A stretch of 40,763 bases of DNA from positions 1 to 40,763 of the forward strand of contig CAZXHW010000001.1 in assembly GCA_964639915.1 (NCBI GenBank). Reading direction: 5' to 3'. The notes under the pieces are model-generated. The model was not told the origin of the DNA, ran no database searches, and was given only the letters and a program-made list of their open reading frames with translations. Source of the stretch: an uncultured Heliomicrobium sp. Its GTDB lineage: Bacteria > Acidobacteriota > Blastocatellia > RBC074. How positions within the stretch are numbered: the first letter of the stretch is position 1; the number at the start of each line of letters is the position of its first letter. The position numbers and the translations under genes were made by a program. Below, piece by piece: positions 1 to 8,438 of the stretch.

Positions 1-1
1 C

Positions 2-301
2 AAAGAAGTCGTCGCGCACAAATACGCCGAGATGGTTTACTTCGGCCAGTGGTTTACGCCCTTGCGTGAAGCGATTGACAGTTTCGTCAACACGTTGATG
101 GCTCCGGTCAGCGGCACGTGCAAGTTGAAACTTTACAAAGGCAACGTCATCGTCGCCGGACGCACTTCGCCGAACACGCTATATCGTCCTGACCTGGCTT
201 CGTTCACGATGGGTGCCAGTTACGATCAAAAAGACGCCGCAGGCTTCATCAATATTCTGGGCTTGCCACTGAAGGTCAAAGCGCTGACTCAGAAGAAATA
301 G
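2..301 (+). CDS. argG: Argininosuccinate synthase, C-terminal fragment (N-terminus lies outside the window)
   Basis: The frame is open to the window start. The translation KEVVAHKYAEMVYFGQWFTPLREA...KLYKGNVIVAGRTSPNTLY...YDQKDAAGFI matches the conserved ArgG C-terminal region from memory. Stop is at 299-301. Confidence 0.9.
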   Translation, partial: KEVVAHKYAEMVYFGQWFTPLREAIDSFVNTLMAPVSGTCKLKLYKGNVIVAGRTSPNTLYRPDLASFTMGASYDQKDAAGFINILGLPLKVKALTQKK

Positions 302-353
302 CATCGGGGCAACCGTTCAAGATTACGGAGTTTTTGAATCGTGCCTGCGAAGT

Positions 354-392
354 AAAAGAGGGCGCACGTCAAAATGGCGTGCGCCCTCTTTT
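354..392. terminator. Bidirectional rho-independent terminator between convergent argG and the peroxidase gene
   Basis: A perfect 11-bp stem pairs GAGGGCGCACG (358-368) with CGTGCGCCCTC (378-388) around a 9-nt loop. It is flanked by AAAA (354-357) and TTTT (389-392). Confidence 0.8.
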
Positions 393-413
393 AAGTTTAC
401 TGCTTAGTTTCCG

Positions 414-2186
414 CTAGGGTTGTGTCACTCCAGCAAAAATGACCAAGTCGGCAACCGTGAAATCCCCTGCCACCACAGAGGGTAACATCGGTGTAAATCC
501 GCCACTCACATTCAGGAATGAATTACCATCTCGCTTCAGCATTCGAATGAACGTGTCTGCGACAATTTTGGCTCCCACGGGGCCAAGTTGGTTCCCGCCG
601 CCTAGCACAGCCGCTTCGCGCAGGATGTAATACCAAAGCGGTGTTTTTTGTAAGAGCAGCCCACCATTGGAATTCAACACGGCAATTTCATTGGCTGGCA
701 ATCCTTGTGTGAGCTGAGCGGTGGTCATAGGCGTAATCCCAAATTCACCAGCCATGCCTTGCCCACTAGGCAATGCGAGCGCCAAGCCACGGCGCAGGTT
801 ACGCGTGGCAAGCACCTGCATTAGGCCCGAAAATCCTGGCAATAATTCCAGTTCATTCGCCAGATTGCTATCAATCTTACGCGCTCGGTTGTTGACTGGC
901 ACCGGAATCCCAGTGTTGAAAAAGGCATTGAAATCAACCACCCAATTCGAGAACACAGGCAATTGTGGGTTGCGAATGAACAGAAAAACCTGTGCCATTG
1001 AAGCATTGGGAAAATTGAAGTTTACCCAGTAATTGTTGCGGATCATGCTGTGGCCGAAACGATATGCCGCCACAGAAAATTCAACTGGCATACGGAAAGG
1101 ACTATCAATGGCGGCAGTCACTCCACTAAGCGCATTGTTGACCGCAGCAGCCCCACAAATACGTTTCAGAAAGTCATGCACAACTGCCCATTGATAGTGA
1201 TGGGTGACGATCTTTTTGGCTTCAACAAAAATGTCACCGGCAAAGGATGCAAGCAGCAGCAAATCTACAACCTGGTTGTGAAAGCGCAACATCGTTTGGT
1301 GAAACTGCGAAACAATCAAATTTTCGTCATTGCGCGGATCACCAATAATCGCCGTGTTGCTTGAGGACGAAGGATTCAGTGGGTTGCTGATTCGGGGCAC
1401 ATCAAAATCAGTTTGTTTTTGCATGCCGCCGGGGTTTCCGGCAGAACCTGCCGGGCCGCCCGTGCCAAAATCCCTGTTTGTTCCCAACTGCAACTTGATT
1501 GCTGATGAAGGACCGGTGGAAGGAAAAACATAAAGGAATGGGTCAAGCGCCGGACCACGTCCATACACCGAATCCAAATCCAATGTCGGACTGCGCATGT
1601 TGTTGATCGTGTTCGCATCCGTGTCCGCATCCAATGAAGAAGACACATCCAGCGTAATGTCGTGATCTACAAACTGGCCGAAATATGTGTATCCAGAAGG
1701 GATAGTCGAGTCATTAGGAGTGATCACACTCGGCGGTAAATTTGGGTCCCGATTCGGATTTCCCATCAAATCACCCAATTGACCAAGCAGTGCCTGTGAA
1801 GTCACGTTGAATGGCAATTTGGTCGCAGTGCGAGTGACTGCTGACGACATGTAACCAAATTTGTCTGCGCACGGAGACTTTACGACTGGACCGGGAAACC
1901 AATTTAACGAGACTTTGGCACCGTGAAACCGTTTCACCTCTGGCTTCAAGCTAGGAATTGAGACTTTAATTTCTTCGGGCAAATTGGCGATTGGTATGGC
2001 TGAAAGCTGTGCGACTCGATTGACACTTACAAGCAATTTACTTACGTCTACAGTGGGAATCAGTTTCAGGTTTTGAAGCCGTTGGCTTAGTTCGACGGGC
2101 TTTAGCAAGGTGAACTGCTTGGCTGAACTTTTTGCGGAAGAGTCTGATTCTCCGTTATTTTTGGACACTGGTTTTTTGGCTGGCAT
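414..2186 (-). CDS. Haem peroxidase of the animal peroxidase / peroxidase-cyclooxygenase superfamily, with a long N-terminal extension
   Basis: The distal-His motif is YFGQFVDHDITLD, followed by GDPRNDENLIVSQFHQTMLRFHN, and the proximal-His motif is AAYRFGHSMI. I chose the ATG at 2186 because AGGAGA lies 5 nt upstream. The ORF stays open to 2303, so the start is uncertain. Confidence 0.85.
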   Translation of the reverse strand: MPAKKPVSKNNGESDSSAKSSAKQFTLLKPVELSQRLQNLKLIPTVDVSKLLVSVNRVAQLSAIPIANLPEEIKVSIPSLKPEVKRFHGAKVSLNWFPGPVVKSPCADKFGYMSSAVTRTATKLPFNVTSQALLGQLGDLMGNPNRDPNLPPSVITPNDSTIPSGYTYFGQFVDHDITLDVSSSLDADTDANTINNMRSPTLDLDSVYGRGPALDPFLYVFPSTGPSSAIKLQLGTNRDFGTGGPAGSAGNPGGMQKQTDFDVPRISNPLNPSSSSNTAIIGDPRNDENLIVSQFHQTMLRFHNQVVDLLLLASFAGDIFVEAKKIVTHHYQWAVVHDFLKRICGAAAVNNALSGVTAAIDSPFRMPVEFSVAAYRFGHSMIRNNYWVNFNFPNASMAQVFLFIRNPQLPVFSNWVVDFNAFFNTGIPVPVNNRARKIDSNLANELELLPGFSGLMQVLATRNLRRGLALALPSGQGMAGEFGITPMTTAQLTQGLPANEIAVLNSNGGLLLQKTPLWYYILREAAVLGGGNQLGPVGAKIVADTFIRMLKRDGNSFLNVSGGFTPMLPSVVAGDFTVADLVIFAGVTQP

Positions 2187-2502
2187 AGATTCTCCTATTG
2201 AATTGGCTGATTGGTGATTAAGGGAGTGCTGGTCCCTACAAGAAATCGGCTGATTTGGCTTTGTACGGAAGGTGACTCTCGGCTGAACAACAGGCACCTT
2301 CAAAACATTCCCTAGGAAATATTGTCACCCTCGCTGTAAGGGCGGCTCTTTTTAAGACACTTTGGGGCAGTTTGCAATAGGCAGCGCGTCTTTGCGTGTC
2401 TTCATCGACAGAAATAACTTTCCTTGGTCTGCTGTTGAGTTCGCATTGTGTTTGATAAGATGCAGGTTCAACGATTCACCTCAATATCTCAATTCATTTT
2501 CA

Positions 2503-3300
2503 ATGCGCGTTTGTGTTTTAGGCAGTGGCAGTGCGGGCAATGCGACCTTATTGGTCGCTGGTGAAACTCGCGTATTGATTGATTGTGGCTTGAGCGCGCG
2601 CGAAACCATTCGCCGCATTCAAGCTGTTGGCGAAGATCCAACCCGGCTTGACGCCATCGTTATTACGCACGAACACGGCGACCACGCCCGCGGTCTGGGA
2701 ATGCTTTCCAAGCAGCTTGGCGTGCCGGTTTACGTTTCAACAGGAACCTTGGAAGCCTGCAACTTAGCCGACAAAGCCAAATACGTCAGCCGAGGGGAAG
2801 CCATCACCTGTTCGCAAGATTTCCAAATCGGGGCGTTCCGCTTCAGCCCATTCAAAGTTCCCCACGATGCCGCAGATCCAATGGCTTTTACGGTAGAAAC
2901 CGGCGGCGTCAAAATGGGAATCGCAGTTGATCTGGGCTACATCAACAATTTGGCGGCGGAACGGTTTCGCGGCTGTGACTTGCTGATCATCGAAGCCAAC
3001 TACGAAACGGAAATGCTGCGCGCTTGCACCTATTACCCGTGGGCGCTGAAGCAGCGGATTATGGGTCGGCATGGTCACACCTCGAATGATGAAATGGCGC
3101 GTTACCTGACGGAAGATTTTGACGGCAAAGCCGAGCACATCATTCTTGCGCATTTGTCGCAGAACACGAATCATCCGGACGTGGCGCGGCTGGCAGCAAT
3201 CAATGCCCTGCAAGCACGCGCACCGCTTTTTTCCGCCAATGCCGAACAACGCGTCAGGATCGCTCCTTACGACCGACCGGCTGAGTGGATTGAGCTATGA
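2503..3300 (+). CDS. MBL-fold metallo-hydrolase (YycJ/PhnP-like)
   Basis: The N-terminus [17 protein letters not shown] and the HEHGDH metal motif fit the family, as do later HD and GHTS motifs. Start was chosen at the first ATG (2503); the upstream part of the ORF is probably non-coding. Confidence 0.85.
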   Translation: MRVCVLGSGSAGNATLLVAGETRVLIDCGLSARETIRRIQAVGEDPTRLDAIVITHEHGDHARGLGMLSKQLGVPVYVSTGTLEACNLADKAKYVSRGEAITCSQDFQIGAFRFSPFKVPHDAADPMAFTVETGGVKMGIAVDLGYINNLAAERFRGCDLLIIEANYETEMLRACTYYPWALKQRIMGRHGHTSNDEMARYLTEDFDGKAEHIILAHLSQNTNHPDVARLAAINALQARAPLFSANAEQRVRIAPYDRPAEWIEL

Positions 3301-4421
3301 AAAGGAAAGGGCTTTTATCATTCTTGTTGTTGGTGCTAGTCAGCGGTCTTGCGCTGGCGCAATCCGGCCGCAAGCCACCACAGAAACCGGGCGAGCAACA
3401 ACCGAAGCCCGGTGAAGCGCCATCGCTCAGAATTGAAACCCGAGAAGTTGTGTTGCCCTTGATGGCCTATGACGCTGAAGGCAAGTTCGTTGACGATTTG
3501 CAGACAAAAGACGTGCTGGTTTTGGAAGAAGGCGAAGCTCGCCAGGTGACGCGCGTCAAACGCGAACCGGCAAACATTGTGCTGATTATGGATTGCAGCA
3601 ACGAAATCGGCACTTTCAAAAATGCTGCGACTGAACGCTATTACAAAGCCGACCGTCCCATGTGGGAAAAAGGCCCTGAGTACCAGGTCATCAGCAATCC
3701 GACGACGCGCACGTTTGCCAATCAGTTTGTTTCGTTGCTTTCGCCGGAAGATCAAATCGCGATCATTCAGTATTCAGACAAGGTTCAACTGATTCAGGAT
3801 TGGACAAACGATCGGCAACAGGCATTGAACTCATTGGCGTCGAAATACCGCGTCGGCATCAAATCCAGTTACCACGACGCGCTGAAGCTGGCCGCTGATA
3901 AATTGCAGGCCCAACCAAACGGTCGCCGCATCGTTGTTTTGATCACCGACGGCATTGATTCCAATAGTAAAACTGGTAAAACAAAAGCGATGCTGGCGCT
4001 GGAAAAAGCACGCGCGTCGGTTTTCGTCATTGGCTGGGCAGAGGCTTTGCGCGCAGAAATCGAAATGGCAATCGGCTTTACGATGAACCACGAAACCGTT
4101 GGCACAAATGCGGCGAAGCGTGTCGAAGAATTACGACGCTATCTCTCAACCTTGGAAGGCGCAACGGCGGAATTGCGCGCCATGACTGAAAGCAGTGGCG
4201 GTGAATTATGGCTTCCGCCCACACACAATGAACTGATCATTGCCAATCGAAACGTGTCGCGCGAAATTGGCGCGCAATACAGTTTGTCGTTCATTACTGA
4301 ACGCACGCCGACGCTGGAAGACAAACGCTCAATCAAGGTAATTGCCGCGAGACAAGGCATCAGCCTTCGTTCGCGCAGCAGTTACTACATCCCAGATGAA
4401 CCCAAAATTTCGACTCGATGA
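3297..4421 (+). CDS. Secreted VWA-domain protein (acidobacterial VWFA-related type)
   Basis: The signal peptide is [22 protein letters not shown]. The N-terminal beta region is followed by a VWA core (IVLIMDCS...[12 protein letters not shown]...VFVIGW) and the C-terminal strand YSLSFI. Its ATGA start overlaps the MBL gene stop. Confidence 0.8.
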   Translation: MKRKGLLSFLLLVLVSGLALAQSGRKPPQKPGEQQPKPGEAPSLRIETREVVLPLMAYDAEGKFVDDLQTKDVLVLEEGEARQVTRVKREPANIVLIMDCSNEIGTFKNAATERYYKADRPMWEKGPEYQVISNPTTRTFANQFVSLLSPEDQIAIIQYSDKVQLIQDWTNDRQQALNSLASKYRVGIKSSYHDALKLAADKLQAQPNGRRIVVLITDGIDSNSKTGKTKAMLALEKARASVFVIGWAEALRAEIEMAIGFTMNHETVGTNAAKRVEELRRYLSTLEGATAELRAMTESSGGELWLPPTHNELIIANRNVSREIGAQYSLSFITERTPTLEDKRSIKVIAARQGISLRSRSSYYIPDEPKISTR

Positions 4422-4621
4422 CCGAAGAAAAAGATGAAATGAGAGCGGCATATCGCCGAGCCGGATATGGTTTGGGTATTGCCGCCATCGGCTGGACGTT
4501 GGCGATGCTGTTTGCCAAAGGGCAAAAAGAAATGACGCATTGGCTGATTCCTATTTTCGCGGCAGCAATCAGCGTTTTGTGCTTTTCCCGTTCGCGACAA
4601 TCAAACGAATCTCAAGGCTGA
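4418..4621 (+). CDS. Small hypothetical membrane protein (67 aa, two predicted TM helices)
   Basis: Its ATGA start overlaps the VWA stop, which suggests translational coupling. The two hydrophobic stretches are GLGIAAIGWTLAMLFA and LIPIFAAAISVLCF. I recognise no family. Confidence 0.55.
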   Translation: MTEEKDEMRAAYRRAGYGLGIAAIGWTLAMLFAKGQKEMTHWLIPIFAAAISVLCFSRSRQSNESQG

Positions 4622-4663
4622 AACTTTTGAAGCTACAATCTAAAACCTGTCACCTGACATCTA

Positions 4664-6001
4664 ATGATTAAACGTTACACTCTGCCCGAAATGGGCGCGA
4701 TCTGGACGGAAGAAAATCGCTTCCGCAAATGGCTGGATGTCGAACTCGCCGCCTGCCAGGCCAACGCCGAAGCCGGAAACATCCCGGCCGATGTGGTTGA
4801 ACCGATTCGGCAACGAGCCGCTTTTTCGGTCGAACGCATTCACGAACTGGAAAAGACGCTCGACCACGATGTCATCGCCTTCACGACAAATCTTGCCGAA
4901 AACATCGGTCCCGAAGCGCGCTGGGTGCATTTTGGCCTGACTTCGTCGGACGTGGTGGATACGGCAAATGCGCTGTTGCTGGTGGAAGCGGGCGACCTGA
5001 TTCTGGCCAAGCTGCAAGGCTTGAGCGACGTGCTAAAACGCCGCGCGCTGGAATTCAAAGACACGCCAATGATTGGCCGCACACACGGCATTCACGCCGA
5101 ACCGACAACCTTGGGGCTGACCTTTGCGCTGTGGTACGAAGAAAACCGCCGCAACATTGATCGCATGACACGCGCTCGCGCTGGCATCAGTTACGGCAAA
5201 TTGTCTGGCGCAGTTGGCGCTTTCGCGCACCTTGATCCTGACATCGAAGAGCGCGTTTGCTTCCTGCTCGGTCTGCGCCCGGCAAGCGTTTCGACGCAAG
5301 TCATTCAGCGCGACCGGTACGCAGAATTCGTCTGCACGCTGGCAATCATCGCTTCGTCGCTGGAAAAGATCGCGCTGCAAGTTCGTCACTGGCAGCGCAC
5401 CGAGGTCCGCGAAGCACATGAGTATTTCAAGCCTGGCCAAAAAGGTTCGTCGGCAATGCCGCACAAACGGAATCCGATTTTGTCGGAACGCATTTGCGGC
5501 TTGGCGCGCGTCATTCGCGGATACGCAGTCACGGCCCTGGAAAATAACGCGCTCTGGCACGAACGCGACATTTCGCACTCTGGAGCCGAACGCGTCATCC
5601 TGCCTGACGCCTGTATTTCCACCGATTACCTGATCGCCAAAACCACTGGCTTGCTGGACACGCTGGTCGTCAAACCGGAACGAATGATGGAAAACCTGAA
5701 CCTTACTCGCGGGCTGGTTTTCTCCGGTCAGTTGTTGCTGGAATTGGCTGCGGGCGGCGCGCAACGCGAAGACGCTTATTACTGGGTGCAACGAAACGCG
5801 CTGAAATCCTGGGACGAAGGCTTGGATTTCCGCGAATTGGTCAAGCAAGACCCGGACATTTCCCGCACGATTACGGCTGAACAAATCGAACGCGCTTTCG
5901 ATGTGCGAACCCAATTGAAGAACGTTGATCGAATCTTTGACCGGGTTTTCACCGGCATTCATAAATACAGCGGCGCGTTGCCGTTGGAGCAATCGAAATA
6001 A
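4664..6001 (+). CDS. purB: Adenylosuccinate lyase
   Basis: MIKRYTLPEMGAIWTEENRFRKWLDVELA, the SSAMPHKRNP signature loop and a length of 445 aa are typical of PurB. Confidence 0.95.
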   Translation: MIKRYTLPEMGAIWTEENRFRKWLDVELAACQANAEAGNIPADVVEPIRQRAAFSVERIHELEKTLDHDVIAFTTNLAENIGPEARWVHFGLTSSDVVDTANALLLVEAGDLILAKLQGLSDVLKRRALEFKDTPMIGRTHGIHAEPTTLGLTFALWYEENRRNIDRMTRARAGISYGKLSGAVGAFAHLDPDIEERVCFLLGLRPASVSTQVIQRDRYAEFVCTLAIIASSLEKIALQVRHWQRTEVREAHEYFKPGQKGSSAMPHKRNPILSERICGLARVIRGYAVTALENNALWHERDISHSGAERVILPDACISTDYLIAKTTGLLDTLVVKPERMMENLNLTRGLVFSGQLLLELAAGGAQREDAYYWVQRNALKSWDEGLDFRELVKQDPDISRTITAEQIERAFDVRTQLKNVDRIFDRVFTGIHKYSGALPLEQSK

Positions 6002-6021
6002 TTCTTGAAAGGAATCAAACC

Positions 6022-6270
6022 ATGCTCGCTAAAGTTTACGTTACCCTGAAAAACGGAGTCCTGGACCCACAAGGCAAAGCCGTCCACCACGCCGCCGAAA
6101 CCATTGGCTTTGCTGGAATTGCCGATGTGCGCCAAGGCAAATACTTCGAGATCAAACTCGACGCTTCGCTTGATCAGACACAAGCACAAGCGCAAATCGA
6201 AAAGTTTGCTCATGATGTGCTGTCGAATCCAGTGATTGAGGATTACAAGGTGGAATTGGTTACGGCGTAG
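6022..6270 (+). CDS. purS: Phosphoribosylformylglycinamidine synthase subunit PurS
   Basis: The 82-aa protein begins MLAKVYVTLKNGVLDPQGKAV, which is typical of PurS, and lies directly after purB. Confidence 0.9.
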   Translation: MLAKVYVTLKNGVLDPQGKAVHHAAETIGFAGIADVRQGKYFEIKLDASLDQTQAQAQIEKFAHDVLSNPVIEDYKVELVTA

Positions 6271-6637
6271 CGGAAGGATCGTCTTTTCTGGCAGCCAGGA
6301 TTTTCAGAAAAGCCAGCCGCTGCAGACAGTGCTGGCAATACTTATCAAGCGCGAGTTCCGGCTGAGCAATTTCGCTGATGAATCTGAGGTGGTTGATGGG
6401 AAGCCTGTTGGTCGGAATGTTTAGTTGCCATCCCCAACCGCCTTCCACCATAAACTCTTCCACTTGGCAGGGCTCGCATAAAATCAGCCGAGTGCCATCT
6501 GGCAATTCAAATTCAACGAACTTCTTGGCTGGATCAAACTTCTCGACGCTGACTGGCCAACCGCCACAGATAAAGCAAGGCATTGCTTCGCGTGTTTCTA
6601 ACAGGCCGTAACATGACGGGCAGTGCGACCATTGCAT
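6260..6637 (-). CDS. Hypothetical cysteine-rich protein with four CxxC motifs (putative double zinc ribbon)
   Basis: MQWSHCPSCYG...CFICGG...CEPCQ...CQHCLQ. The start was set at the ATG 6637, which lies 4 nt after the upstream gene's stop. The 3' end overlaps purS by 11 nt. I recognise no family. Confidence 0.55.
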   Translation of the reverse strand: MQWSHCPSCYGLLETREAMPCFICGGWPVSVEKFDPAKKFVEFELPDGTRLILCEPCQVEEFMVEGGWGWQLNIPTNRLPINHLRFISEIAQPELALDKYCQHCLQRLAFLKILAARKDDPSATP

Positions 6638-6641
6638 GATT

Positions 6642-6881
6642 TCACCGTTTGGATTTTCTCCAGCAAACCAAAGCAGCCGCTGCCGGAATGCAGGCCAAAA
6701 GAAAAATCCCCATCCCTGCGGCAATCCACTTAACTCCGATCCAATCAGTATCACTCATTCGGGATCGGATTTCGGGAGGAATTTTGTTGATCTCGTGTTG
6801 GACTCCGAAATAACAAGTAGCAAAGGAAGCGGCCGAGAGCAGCAGGGAAGCCATCAACAGTCTTCTTGCCCAAACCCTCAT
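6642..6881 (-). CDS. Small hypothetical membrane protein (79 aa, two predicted TM helices)
   Basis: The hydrophobic stretches are LLMASLLLSAASFATCYF and WIAAGMGIFLLACIPAAAALV. It is tightly packed between the VWA gene and the Cys-rich gene. Confidence 0.5.
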   Translation of the reverse strand: MRVWARRLLMASLLLSAASFATCYFGVQHEINKIPPEIRSRMSDTDWIGVKWIAAGMGIFLLACIPAAAALVCWRKSKR

Positions 6882-6903
6882 AAACTTGCCAATGCCCCCC
6901 TAA

Positions 6904-7914
6904 TCATTGCTTCACAGGAGGATGCCAAGCTTTATACCGCAGCTTGACGGTCGCATCGGTTGTTGAAAGCAGCAGCAGCCGCTTGTTAATTGGATTGATG
7001 CCGTCGGGATAATAGGTCAGTTGATAGCGGTCGTTGCGGAGTTCGTCACAGATTTCTTTGACCGATTGTTTGACGTCGTCTTCGATCTTGAAAACTTTGC
7101 CGCCGGTTCCTTCGGTAAGGCGTTTCAAGGCTTCGGCAGCTTTCGGTGCGTCTTTGCGCAAAGCGCCGCGCGTCCGGTCACGGACTTGGATAGCGTAAAC
7201 CGTGATGTTTTCGTTTTGCAGCTTGGCCAGGATTTCGTCAAATTTGATTTTGCTGTCGCGATCAATTCCGTCCGCTACAATGACGATAACCCGTTTGGAA
7301 AAGCCAACTTCCGGCCTCAGCACGTCTTCCACCACAACATTCAGCGCATCGAAAAATTTCGGCTGCTCAACTTTTCTCAGCAACTCTTTGGTGTTTTGCA
7401 AATCTTTGGGGACGTCCGTGAAGTCAGTAATGATTTCCGGCTTCAGGTCATACCCGATGACCATGACTTTGTCGCCTTCATAAATTTCGGGTGCAAAGGC
7501 AGCCGGAACAGATGCCAATTTGCCAACATCGGCGGGCAAGGTTTGCGAATTGTCCATCAGCACGACAATGCGCGCCGGAGTTGGGTCCGGCGCAAAGGCT
7601 TCAATCTTTTGCAGAACTCCGCCATCAAAAAGCTCCAGTACTTTTCGCTGGACGACCTTGTCCTGATCTTCTTCATTGCCACTGCCCGCCAATAAAGGTT
7701 TTGGCTTGTTCGGATCTTCGACTCGCTGCGCCACGACATGCAACACGGTTGTCCGGCGACTCGACGTTGGGGCGCGGCCGGATTGCGCTTGCGCCGCAAT
7801 TGCCACAAGCATCATCCACATAAGCGCAAGACACACCAACCGCGAGATGGGGAGAAGTTGAGACGAGGAGACGTGGGTTAAAGATTCGATCGTTTGCGCT
7901 TCTGACGTTTTCAT
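6904..7914 (-). CDS. Secreted VWA-domain protein (acidobacterial VWFA-related type), paralogue-like to 3297-4421
   Basis: The hydrophobic N-terminus LVCLALMWMMLVAIAAQAQ is followed by a VWA core (RIVVLMDNS...VIVIVADGIDRDS...VYAIQV) and the C-terminal YQLTYYP. The exact start is uncertain. Confidence 0.8.
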   Translation of the reverse strand: MKTSEAQTIESLTHVSSSQLLPISRLVCLALMWMMLVAIAAQAQSGRAPTSSRRTTVLHVVAQRVEDPNKPKPLLAGSGNEEDQDKVVQRKVLELFDGGVLQKIEAFAPDPTPARIVVLMDNSQTLPADVGKLASVPAAFAPEIYEGDKVMVIGYDLKPEIITDFTDVPKDLQNTKELLRKVEQPKFFDALNVVVEDVLRPEVGFSKRVIVIVADGIDRDSKIKFDEILAKLQNENITVYAIQVRDRTRGALRKDAPKAAEALKRLTEGTGGKVFKIEDDVKQSVKEICDELRNDRYQLTYYPDGINPINKRLLLLSTTDATVKLRYKAWHPPVKQ

Positions 7915-7968
7915 AATTTCCCCTTTGAATGCCCTCGGTCACAAACGGCATACACCGTGCATTTTCAT

Positions 7969-8271
7969 TCAGGCGGTGGTGGTCTTCGTTTCTTTCTTTT
8001 CGCTCTTGTCGGTTTTATCGGGCTTGTCAGCTTTTTCGGGTTTGTCGGTCTTTTCTACCTTGTCTGCTTTATCAGTCTTATCGGTTTTGCCCGGCTTGGC
8101 ATAATCGCTGACATACCAACCGGAACCTTTTAGCTGAAAGCTGGTCTGCGAAAAGATTTTTTCCAGCTTGCCTTTGCATTCCGGACATTTGCTCAGCGGC
8201 TTGTCGCTCATCTTTTGCATGACTTCCAGATGGTGACCGCATTTCTGACAAACGTATTCGTAAATTGGCAT
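7969..8271 (-). CDS. FmdB-family zinc-ribbon protein with a Lys/Asp/Thr-rich repeat tail
   Basis: MPIYEYVCQKCGH...KCPECKG is the CxxC_CxxC_SSSS signature. The tail is KTDKTDKADKVEKTDKPEKADKPDKTDKSEKKETK. Confidence 0.85.
   Translation of the reverse strand: MPIYEYVCQKCGHHLEVMQKMSDKPLSKCPECKGKLEKIFSQTSFQLKGSGWYVSDYAKPGKTDKTDKADKVEKTDKPEKADKPDKTDKSEKKETKTTTA
7972..8100 (-). repeat. Imperfect 9-12-nt in-frame tandem repeats encoding the K-x-D-K low-complexity tail
   Basis: Repeated cttgtc / tttgtc / ttatc-ggt units are visible on the + strand at 7990-8095. Confidence 0.7.
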
Positions 8272-8438
8272 AACTTGTTTTTTCTACCTCCTTGAACGTG
8301 CCTGAATTGAAATCTTGAATTACCGCAGAAAATTTATCACAACGGCTTTGCCTTGCGCGAGTCACGGCTTCTTGTCGCGTTTGCGGATTTGGTAGAAGAT
8401 GCCTGTCCACACCAACTTTTAACACCCGGAGAAACGCG

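Noticed and set aside
388-398. The motif TTTTAAGTTTA recurs after both bidirectional terminators (388-398 and 10308-10318) and near 26282.
   Set aside because: An 11-mer shared by a few sites in 40 kb of AT-rich terminator flanks is within chance expectation. It is partly just the terminator T-tract.
2187-2502. The 316-bp divergent gap between the peroxidase and MBL genes is a possible ncRNA or riboswitch locus.
   Set aside because: I saw only short 4-5-bp hairpins. I could not recognise any conserved riboswitch core or terminator. It is most simply two divergent promoters.
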